A stretch of DNA of 32,000 nt from positions 870,001-902,000 of the forward strand of contig NC_013849.1 in assembly GCF_000025505.1 (NCBI RefSeq), in the 5' to 3' direction. The DNA is from Ferroglobus placidus DSM 10642. Lineage in GTDB: Archaea > Halobacteriota > Archaeoglobi > Archaeoglobales > Archaeoglobaceae. The position numbers and the translations under genes are program-made. Under the pieces are notes generated by a model. That model worked only from the letters and a program-made list of their open reading frames with translations. It ran no database searches and had not been told where the DNA came from. This document shows, piece after piece, positions 1-7,252 of this stretch. Position 1 is the first letter of the stretch, and each line of letters starts with the position of its first letter.

Positions 1-572
1 CAACGAGCTGCTACGTTTACTTTGAAAAATTTAGGGAAATGCCGGATTACTACATTCAACCCATAGGCAGCGGGACGGGAGTTATAGCATTCTACGAAGG
101 CTACAAGAGAGTTTCAAAAGAGTTTAACGTTAAAAAACCGAAGATAGTTGTCGTGCAGAACGAACCTTTTACTCCCGTTGTTGACGCTTGGAAGAAAAGG
201 AGCAGAGAGATAAATTCCTACGAAGACCCCCTCGATAAGCTCTACGCGAAGGTTCTGTCTAACAGGAACCCGCTTTACAGCGTGAAAGGCGGACTTTACG
301 ACATTCTTTCAGATACAGACGGAGAAGCTATAGGCATTTCAGAGGCTGAAGCAAAAAAAGCCGGAAAAATTTTCAAGAAGGAGTTTGGAATCACTCTACA
401 TCCAGCTGCAGAAGTTGGTCTGGCTTCTCTTGAAAAAATTAATGTGAGAGGAAAAATACTCGTGAATGTAACCGGAGCCGGTTTGGACAGATTAAAGAGA
501 GATTACAAGCTTAGAAGAGTTAAAGAAGACTTCGTCGTTTCCTCGGAAGAAGATCTGGAGATGATCGAATGA
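1..572 (+). CDS. Threonine synthase-family PLP enzyme, cysteate synthase-like (5'-truncated by window edge)
   Basis: The frame is open from nt 3 with no stop before the listed ATG at 39, so the gene starts upstream of the window. The visible part is the C-terminal half of a fold-type II PLP enzyme (IQPIGSGTG..., ...VNVTGAGLDRLK). Its stop overlaps the comDE start (ATGA at 569-572). The cysteate synthase label rests on family plus this context only. Confidence 0.6.
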   Translation, partial: TSCYVYFEKFREMPDYYIQPIGSGTGVIAFYEGYKRVSKEFNVKKPKIVVVQNEPFTPVVDAWKKRSREINSYEDPLDKLYAKVLSNRNPLYSVKGGLYDILSDTDGEAIGISEAEAKKAGKIFKKEFGITLHPAAEVGLASLEKINVRGKILVNVTGAGLDRLKRDYKLRRVKEDFVVSSEEDLEMIE

Positions 573-576
573 TCGA
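561..576 (+). repeat. Perfect tandem duplication of the octamer ATGATCGA at the gene junction
   Basis: Read directly: 561-568 and 569-576 are both ATGATCGA. Across the two-copy junction lie the upstream stop (TGA, 570-572) and the downstream ATG (569-571). Confidence 0.9.
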
Positions 577-1651
577 GGAAGAGTTCTTAAAAACTTTGGA
601 AAAAGCGAAAATAGACTACGTCCTAACTCTCCCTTGCGAGAGGGTAAAGAAGTTAATCTCTCTACTCCCCTCGAAATTCGAAATCGTAAACTTATCGAGA
701 GAAGAGGAAGGAGTAGGGATTTCCGCCGGACTATACATGGGAGGCAAAAAGCCGGCAATGCTGATCCAAAGCTCCGGGTTTGGGAATTGCGTCAACGCTT
801 TGATGAGCCTAACCAAATGCTACGAACTGCCTCTTCCGATTTTAATAAGCTGGAGGGGGGTTTACGGAGAAAAGATAGAGGCTCAGAAACCCCTCGGCGA
901 AAGGTTGCCGAGGGTTCTTGAAGCTTTAGATATCGAATTCGTGGTATTCGACGGAAAAAATTTCGATGAAGTGGAAAATGCTATTAAAGAGAGCTTCGAA
1001 GAGGAGAAAATCGTAGCAGTTCTCCTCCGCCCGGACGTGTGGAGCGAAGCTGAAGACTTTTACTTCGAAAGACCGAAAGTAAAGAGGAAAGAGGTAAGAG
1101 TGGAGGAGTGCGAAGCAAAAATGACGAGATTCGAGCTTCTGAAAACGATTAAAGAGGAGCTCGAGGGGAAAATAGTTGTTTCGAACATAGGATATCCGAG
1201 CAGGGAACTCTACCACGTTTTGGATCAACCAACGAACTTCTACATGCTCGGAAGCATGGGATTGGCAAGTTCGATAGCTCTTGGAGTTGCTTTAACGGGG
1301 AAAGAAGTCATATCGATAGACGGAGACGGATCGATTCTTATGAATCCCTCCACGTTGTTCACAGCCGGAAGCGTTGATGTTGATCTAAAAATTCTGGCTG
1401 TAGATAACGCAGCCTACGGAAGTACGGGAAATCAGCCGACAGCTTCAGTTAAAGCAGATTTACAGCTCTTAGCAATCTCAGCAGCCTTCGAAAAAACTTT
1501 TAGGGCTAACGGAGAGGAAGTTAAAGAGATGCTGAAAGAGGGAGGGAAGGTTTTCATTCACTTCATAGCCAAGCCCGGAAATGCCAAAGTTCCGACGATT
1601 CCGATGAAAGCTGTTGAGATAAAGGAGAGGTTCATGGAGGCGATAAGATGA
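569..1651 (+). CDS. comDE: Sulfopyruvate decarboxylase, fused alpha/beta (ComD-ComE) ThDP enzyme
   Basis: 360 aa. The N-half resembles ComD (DYVLTLPCERVKKL, SSGFGN). The C-half resembles ComE and has the ThDP motif GDGS...(x)...VDNAAYG. A phosphonopyruvate decarboxylase is the main alternative in this family. Confidence 0.75.
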   Translation: MIEEEFLKTLEKAKIDYVLTLPCERVKKLISLLPSKFEIVNLSREEEGVGISAGLYMGGKKPAMLIQSSGFGNCVNALMSLTKCYELPLPILISWRGVYGEKIEAQKPLGERLPRVLEALDIEFVVFDGKNFDEVENAIKESFEEEKIVAVLLRPDVWSEAEDFYFERPKVKRKEVRVEECEAKMTRFELLKTIKEELEGKIVVSNIGYPSRELYHVLDQPTNFYMLGSMGLASSIALGVALTGKEVISIDGDGSILMNPSTLFTAGSVDVDLKILAVDNAAYGSTGNQPTASVKADLQLLAISAAFEKTFRANGEEVKEMLKEGGKVFIHFIAKPGNAKVPTIPMKAVEIKERFMEAIR

Positions 1652-2172
1652 AAATCGTCGTGGGAACGGAAAATCCGGCTAAAGTAAGAGGAGTGGAAAG
1701 AGCTTTCAAAAAGTTTTTCGACGACGTGGAAATTTTTAAAAGAGCAGTCAATCCGGAAGTTTCTCCTCAGCCTTTTGATGAGGAAACGATAATAGGAGCT
1801 ATTAACAGGGCGAAAAAAGCTTACAGCGAAGACTTCGATTTTTCAGTCGGTGTCGAGGCTGGGTTGTTCAAAACTCGGAGAACTCTTTCCGGATACGTGG
1901 ATTTTCAGGTGGCTTGCGTTTACGACGGGGAAAAGTTTACGATCGGCTTTGGTCCGGGTTTCGAGTATCCTAAGAGGGTTGTTGGGGAAGTTCTGAAGGG
2001 GAAGGAAGTCGGGGAAGTAATGGAGAAGATAAGCGGGATAAAAGACCTCGGAGAAAAAATGGGGGCGATTGGATTTCTCACGAAAGGGAAAGTTGAGAGA
2101 AGTGATTTAACTGAAATAGCTGTGACGATGGCTTTAATTCCTTGGCTCAACCGCGAGCTTTATGAGCTATAA
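1648..2172 (+). CDS. Non-canonical purine NTP phosphatase (YjjX/DUF84 family)
   Basis: 174 aa. The N-terminus MKIVVGTENPAKVRGVERAF and EVSPQPFDEET match the inosine/xanthosine triphosphatase family pattern. ATGA overlap with comDE. Confidence 0.7.
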   Translation: MKIVVGTENPAKVRGVERAFKKFFDDVEIFKRAVNPEVSPQPFDEETIIGAINRAKKAYSEDFDFSVGVEAGLFKTRRTLSGYVDFQVACVYDGEKFTIGFGPGFEYPKRVVGEVLKGKEVGEVMEKISGIKDLGEKMGAIGFLTKGKVERSDLTEIAVTMALIPWLNRELYEL

Positions 2173-3013
2173 GCTTTTAGCCCCCTTCGACCCCTGGAAG
2201 TCAAAGTTATGCACTTGCCCGGCTAAGCTGTCCTTCAACCCCTATACTGGCTGCAACCATCGCTGCCTTTACTGCTATTCAACCTACATTCCCAATTTCT
2301 TCAACGCTCGCCCGAAGGAGAGACTTTTGATAAGGCTCGAAAAAGAGCTTAGAGAGATAAAAGCTGAAGCGTTAATTTCAATGTCCAACAGCAGCGACCC
2401 CTATCCTGAGATGGAGAAAAGCTTAGAGCTCACGAGAGCTTCTCTTGAGATGTTTAAGGAAAGGGGCTTGAAGGTGCTCGTGATTACGAAAAGCGATCTC
2501 GTTACGAGGGACATTGACATCCTCAAGGATATGAAAAGTGCCGTCGCTATAACAATAACTACTCTCGACGAATCCCTTGCTGAGAAAATCGAGCCCAACG
2601 CACCGAGTCCGAAGAGGAGGTTAAGAGCTCTGAAAAAGGTAAAAGAGGCCGGAATTCCGGCAATACTGAGACTCGATCCTGTGATTCCATTTTTAAACGA
2701 AAACGTGGAAGAAGTTTTGGAAAGAGCGAAATTCGTCGACCACGTGGTTTCCTCTACTCTAAAGCTCAGGGCTGATTCCTTCTCGAGACTTTCGAAAGCC
2801 TTTCCCGAATTGAAGGAGAAATTCAAGGAGCTTTACTTTAAACAGGGAGAAAAGATAGGAGGAAGCTGGTATTTAAGGAGAGAGCTTAGAGTGAAGCTTC
2901 TGTCGAAAGTTGCTGAGAAGTGCGAGGAGCTGAACTTAAGCTACGCTTTCTGCAGAGAAGGAATTCCTTTTAAAGCTAAGAGCTGCGACGGTTCGCATTT
3001 ACTCTTAAATTAA
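2162..3013 (+). CDS. Radical SAM protein (SplB/'DNA repair photolyase'-like family)
   Basis: 283 aa with the CNHRCLYCY CX3CX2C radical SAM cluster motif near the N-terminus. Overlaps the previous gene by 11 nt. Confidence 0.75.
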   Translation: MSYKLLAPFDPWKSKLCTCPAKLSFNPYTGCNHRCLYCYSTYIPNFFNARPKERLLIRLEKELREIKAEALISMSNSSDPYPEMEKSLELTRASLEMFKERGLKVLVITKSDLVTRDIDILKDMKSAVAITITTLDESLAEKIEPNAPSPKRRLRALKKVKEAGIPAILRLDPVIPFLNENVEEVLERAKFVDHVVSSTLKLRADSFSRLSKAFPELKEKFKELYFKQGEKIGGSWYLRRELRVKLLSKVAEKCEELNLSYAFCREGIPFKAKSCDGSHLLLN

Positions 3014-3057
3014 GAGTTTCGTCAAGTTATTTTTGCAACTTTAGATCTCACAAATTT

Positions 3058-3384
3058 ATGGAAGAGGTTGCCAAGCTTGGGGATTTGGTTTTAAAGCTTG
3101 AAAAATTCGGTATGCTTTTTGCCTCTGCGATGATGATATTTAGCGGACTTACAATTCTCTTCGGTTTCAACCCATTGTACATCGCGGTATGCCTGACCTA
3201 TGCCGGAGTTTCGATAATACTAAGCTCTTCGATATTCTTCCCACTCTCAAATTTTGTAGTCGATTACTACGGAGTGATCGCGTTAGGACTTATTGCCTCT
3301 TCCATCATGCTCTTAATATACCTTGGAGCGTTTTTAATCAGCTTTTTTAAGGCAGGCAAGTCATCAAAAGAAGGAAAGCAATAG
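3058..3384 (+). CDS. Small hypothetical membrane protein (3 hydrophobic segments)
   Basis: 108-aa ORF, strongly hydrophobic, with a Lys-rich C-terminal tail. No recognisable family. Confidence 0.5.
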   Translation: MEEVAKLGDLVLKLEKFGMLFASAMMIFSGLTILFGFNPLYIAVCLTYAGVSIILSSSIFFPLSNFVVDYYGVIALGLIASSIMLLIYLGAFLISFFKAGKSSKEGKQ

Positions 3385-3395
3385 TTGGAGGAAGA

Positions 3396-3491
3396 GTGAG
3401 AACAGTTGTTGAGATTACCGAGAAAGGCTACAACGCTTACATTAATGAGGTGAAGAAGATAAAGAGATTGATAAGCGAAACCGGAATTTAG
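3396..3491 (+). CDS. Possible 31-aa small ORF (GTG start)
   Basis: GGAGGAAGA lies directly upstream of a GTG. The ORF encodes VRTVVEITEKGYNAYINEVKKIKRLISETGI and is below the track cutoff. There is no family support. Confidence 0.2.
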   Translation: MRTVVEITEKGYNAYINEVKKIKRLISETGI

Positions 3492-3603
3492 GTAATCGTA
3501 CTTTATTTCATGAGTTCTACAGCGCTACGGAAAAAAGTAACTGCATAAAGACGACCTTTTGTCCTAGTAAAATTTTTGTACGTTGATTTTCAAATCAATA
3601 ACC

Positions 3604-3792
3604 ATGCCAGTCATAATTTTCGAGGGTCCGAAGTTGAGCAGAGAGCAGAAAAGCGAGCTCGTTGAGAAATTTACCGAAATTGCGTCGAACGTTACCGGTA
3701 TTGGGAGAGAAGCGTTCGTCGTTCTAATTAAGGAAAACGAACCGGACAACGTTGGAGTGGGTGGAAAGCTTCTGTCTGAACTCAAAAAATAA
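3604..3792 (+). CDS. 4-oxalocrotonate tautomerase family protein
   Basis: MPVIIFEGPKLSREQKSELVEKFTEIA...DNVGVGGK. The family needs Pro as first residue after Met, so the start is placed at ATG 3604 rather than the track start at 3583. Confidence 0.8.
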   Translation: MPVIIFEGPKLSREQKSELVEKFTEIASNVTGIGREAFVVLIKENEPDNVGVGGKLLSELKK

Positions 3793-3799
3793 ATTTAAT

Positions 3800-4666
3800 T
3801 TATTTTTTCGTGTAATCGTAGAAACCTCTGCCAGTTTTTCTCCCAAGCAATCCAGCCCTAACCATTTGCTTAAGCAGCGGACAAGGCTTGTACTTGTCGC
3901 CAAGTTCTCTATGCAAGGTTTCTATTGCCGCAAGAACTATGTCCAATCCAATTAGGTCGGCTAACTCAAGGGGACCCATGGGGACGTTCGTGAACAGCCT
4001 CATCCCTCTGTCGATTTCTTCCTTCGTAGCTATCCCCTCGTAGAGAACCCAGATTCCCTCGTTTATCCAGGGCATCAGAATTCTGTTGGAGATGAATCCC
4101 GGAGAATCTTTGCAAACAACTGGCTCTTTTCCAAGCTTCCTTACAAAATCGAAGGCAAACTGAACAGTCTCTTCGCTCGTGAGAAGACCTCTGACTATTT
4201 CAACTCCTTTCATCAGTGGAACGGGATTCATGAAGTGAATTCCTACGAAGTTCTCCGGTTTTCTCGTAACCGAAGCCATCTCGGTTATGCTTAAAGTCGA
4301 GGTGTTAGAGGCGAAGATAGCATCTTCCCTCTTCACTATGTTGCTCAGCTCTCTGAAAACTGCTTTCTTAGCTTCCATGTCTTCGATTATCGCTTCTATA
4401 ACGACGTCGACGTTCTCAAAATCCTCAAGTTTTGTCGTCGTCTTTATTCTCTCCAGAGTCGCTTTCATTTCGTCCTCGCTTATCTTCCCTTTCTCCACGA
4501 ACTTGGAAAGGCTCTTTTTTATGTTTTCCATTCCTCTCTCTAAAAATCTCTCCTCGAGATCCCTCAAAATCACCTCGAAGCCAGCCATCGCACATACCTG
4601 AGCTATCCCACTACCCATCGTTCCCGCACCGAGAACTCCGACAACTTTCACGTCCTCAACCTTCAT
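3800..4666 (-). CDS. hbd: 3-hydroxyacyl/3-hydroxybutyryl-CoA dehydrogenase
   Basis: VGVLGAGTMGSGIAQ Rossmann motif plus the HFMNPVP and GFISNR family motifs. The start is set at ATG 4666, preceded by GAGGTGGTGAAA. The track start at 4696 is a TTG inside the upstream gene. Confidence 0.9.
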   Translation of the reverse strand: MKVEDVKVVGVLGAGTMGSGIAQVCAMAGFEVILRDLEERFLERGMENIKKSLSKFVEKGKISEDEMKATLERIKTTTKLEDFENVDVVIEAIIEDMEAKKAVFRELSNIVKREDAIFASNTSTLSITEMASVTRKPENFVGIHFMNPVPLMKGVEIVRGLLTSEETVQFAFDFVRKLGKEPVVCKDSPGFISNRILMPWINEGIWVLYEGIATKEEIDRGMRLFTNVPMGPLELADLIGLDIVLAAIETLHRELGDKYKPCPLLKQMVRAGLLGRKTGRGFYDYTKK

Positions 4667-4676
4667 TTTCACCACC

Positions 4677-5822
4677 TCAAACCTTGATTTTACCAATAAT
4701 CCTCCTCGCTATGACCATTTTCTGAGCTTCGCTCGTGCCTTCGTAGATCGTTCCGACTCTCGCATCCCGGTAGTATCTCTCGACGTCGTATTCCTTACTG
4801 TATCCGTAGCCACCGAAGATCTGGACGGCTTCGTAAGTCACCTTTACAGCCATTTCACTTGCGAAAAGCTTTGCAGCCGAGCTTAAAGCCGGATCGGGCT
4901 TGCCCTGATCGATTAGCCATGCCGCTTTAAAAACCAAAAGCTTGGCAGCTTCTATGTCCTTAAACATCTCAGCCAGCTTAAACTGAATAGCCTGATGCTC
5001 TATAAGCGGCTTACCAAAAGCCTTCCTCTCCTTAGCGTACTCCAAAGCCCTCTCGTAAGCACCTATCGCTATTCCGGTGTGCAAAGCGGCTATCTTAACT
5101 CTGCTTTCGTTGAAGAAAGCCATAAGCTGGTAAAATCCTCTGTTTTCCTCCCCTATTAAATGATCAGCCGGAACCCTCACGTTCTTCAAAGCCACCTCGC
5201 AAGTGTCGTGGCAGTGCATCCCCATTTTTTCAATCGGTCTCGCTTCGTATCCCTCTCTGTCTTGCTCCACAAGAAAAGCAGATATTCCTCTGTGGGGAGG
5301 ATCTACCTGAGCGGTTTTTGCAAGAACTACGGTGTAAATTCCAACGCTCCCGTTAGTTATGAACTGCTTCGTTCCGTTTATAACCCACTCGTCTCCTTCC
5401 TTAACCGCTCTCGTCCTCATCGCAGCCACATCTGTTCCGCAGTCCGGCTCGGTAACAGCTATGGCTGAAGGTCCTTCACCCCTCACAACTTTCGCCACGA
5501 ACTCCTTCTGCTCCTCGCTTCCGAACCTCAAAACCATGGGAACGCCGAGGGTTGCCAAATCTATAGCCGAGCCGATGCTGCTGTCCGCTCTGCAAAATTC
5601 CATACTGATTATAGCTTCAGCCAAGCAATCCATTCCAGCTCCGTCGTACTCCTCGGGAACGCTCGCTCCGATGTAGCCGAGCTTTGCCGCTTTCTTGTAT
5701 ATCTCCATCGGATACTGCTTCTTTTCGTCGTATTCCCTTCCGTATGGCTTTATCTCTTTCTCAGCGAACTCCCTGACGGCTTCCTGCAACATTTTGTGTT
5801 CTTCACTCAGCGAAAAGTCCAT
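4677..5822 (-). CDS. Acyl-CoA dehydrogenase
   Basis: 381 aa with typical ACAD motifs (AVTEPDCGTDVA, QIFGGYGY, YEGTSE). GAGGTGAT SD upstream. Confidence 0.9.
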   Translation of the reverse strand: MDFSLSEEHKMLQEAVREFAEKEIKPYGREYDEKKQYPMEIYKKAAKLGYIGASVPEEYDGAGMDCLAEAIISMEFCRADSSIGSAIDLATLGVPMVLRFGSEEQKEFVAKVVRGEGPSAIAVTEPDCGTDVAAMRTRAVKEGDEWVINGTKQFITNGSVGIYTVVLAKTAQVDPPHRGISAFLVEQDREGYEARPIEKMGMHCHDTCEVALKNVRVPADHLIGEENRGFYQLMAFFNESRVKIAALHTGIAIGAYERALEYAKERKAFGKPLIEHQAIQFKLAEMFKDIEAAKLLVFKAAWLIDQGKPDPALSSAAKLFASEMAVKVTYEAVQIFGGYGYSKEYDVERYYRDARVGTIYEGTSEAQKMVIARRIIGKIKV

Positions 5823-5833
5823 GGAATATCACC

Positions 5834-7015
5834 TCAGTAAAGTCTGAAAACCATCGCATCTCCCTGTGCCATTCCAGCGCAAAGGGTAACCACTCCGTAC
5901 TCGCTCTTTCTCCTCAGCATTTCGTGCATTAGAGTGACAACGAGTCTCGCTCCGGTAGCTCCGATCGGATGTCCTAAAGCTACCGCTCCTCCGTTAACGT
6001 TTACTCTGTCCATATCGAGGTTGAGCAAATACTTTCCCGAAATTAGCGTTACCGCTGCGAAAGCCTCGTTTATCTCCCACAAATCGATGTCATCTTTGTT
6101 CAATTCGGCTTTCTTCAAAGCTTTCTCAGCAGCATAAGCTGGAACGGTAGCTATGTACTTCGGATCTTGCGAAGCCTGTCCGTAGGAAACTATCTCAAGC
6201 TTCGGCTCCACCCCAAGTTCTTTAGCCTTATCCTCGCTCATAACAACAACAGCCGCAGCCCCATCGCTCGTGTTTGGAGCGTTTCCGGCGGTTATCTTTC
6301 CGTCTTTTCTGAAAACCGGAGGTAGACTTTTTATTTTTTCCAAGCTCGTGTCTCTCCTCGGACACTCATCAGTATCCACTACCCTTTCCCCTTTTTTCTC
6401 CTTAACGACGACTGGCACGATTTCCTCAGCGAACTTTCCTTCGTCAATAGCTTTAATCGCTTTAACGTGGCTGTAGTAAGCCCATTCGTCCATCTCATCT
6501 CTGCTAACTCCGAACTCGTCGGCAACATCTTCTGTGTTTTCAGCCATGTGCTGGTTGTAAATCGGATCCCAAAGCCCGTCGTGAACCATTAAATCAACGA
6601 GGACGTCGTTAAACATCCTGTAACCCCATCTCGCTTTGAGCAAACCGTAAGGAGCTGAGCTCATGCTTTCCATCCCGCCGGCTACAACAACTTCAGCTTC
6701 TCCGGTTTGAATCATCATGTGAGCTAAAGCAATTGCTTTTAAACCGGATGTGCAGACTTTGTTTAACTGAAAAGCCGGAACTTCTACCGGAATGCCGGCT
6801 TTTATGGCTGCCTGCCTTGCCGTGTTTTGCCCGCAGCCGGCTGTAACTACTTGCCCCATTATAACCTCATCGACGTCCTCCGGCTTTATGCCGGCTCTCT
6901 TCACAGCTTCTTTTATCACGAGAGCCCCAAGCTCAACAGCGGGAACATCTCTCAATGATCCTCCAAACTTACCTATTGGAGTTCTCACTCCAGAAACGAT
7001 AACCGACCTTACCAT
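5834..7015 (-). CDS. Acetyl-CoA C-acetyltransferase (thiolase II)
   Basis: 393 aa. Active-site contexts are VCTSGLKA (Cys), GHPIGATGAR and LCAGMAQG. Confidence 0.9.
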   Translation of the reverse strand: MVRSVIVSGVRTPIGKFGGSLRDVPAVELGALVIKEAVKRAGIKPEDVDEVIMGQVVTAGCGQNTARQAAIKAGIPVEVPAFQLNKVCTSGLKAIALAHMMIQTGEAEVVVAGGMESMSSAPYGLLKARWGYRMFNDVLVDLMVHDGLWDPIYNQHMAENTEDVADEFGVSRDEMDEWAYYSHVKAIKAIDEGKFAEEIVPVVVKEKKGERVVDTDECPRRDTSLEKIKSLPPVFRKDGKITAGNAPNTSDGAAAVVVMSEDKAKELGVEPKLEIVSYGQASQDPKYIATVPAYAAEKALKKAELNKDDIDLWEINEAFAAVTLISGKYLLNLDMDRVNVNGGAVALGHPIGATGARLVVTLMHEMLRRKSEYGVVTLCAGMAQGDAMVFRLY

Positions 7016-7252
7016 GTTTTATCTTAGAAAAGAGGGGATAAAAAACTTTCTGAAATTCTATTAATTTAATTATTTAAATTAAAGATTATTATTTTTGCCC
7101 TGGCAATTAAAATTGTTAAATCGTTATAAAAGTGATTGCTCAACAACTGAACTGAATTAAGAGTAATTAGGTAACTTTAAAGAAAGCTAATAGTATCAAT
7201 GAAAGAAAATTATTTTTAATTAAGAATTTCAGATAATTAAGAGTGATCTGCT

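Noticed and set aside
3583-3598. Inverted repeat TTGATTT-TC-AAATCAA 5 nt upstream of the tautomerase ATG.
   Set aside because: It has 7-bp AT-rich arms only. It is plausible as an operator between the TATA box and the start, but too weak to call without conservation data.
7061-7082. Inverted repeat TTAATTTAA-TTAT-TTAAATTAA, and two copies of AATTAAGAGT (7155 and 7235), in the divergent thiolase/oxidoreductase control region.
   Set aside because: The region is almost pure A/T, where such symmetry arises easily. It may be a real operator but cannot be distinguished from low-complexity sequence without comparative data.
7132-7155. C/D-box-like elements (GTGATTG ... CTGA, CTGA) suggesting a methylation guide sRNA.
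   Set aside because: The C box deviates from RUGAUGA. There is no C'/D' pair, no terminal stem, and the spacing is too short for guide segments.
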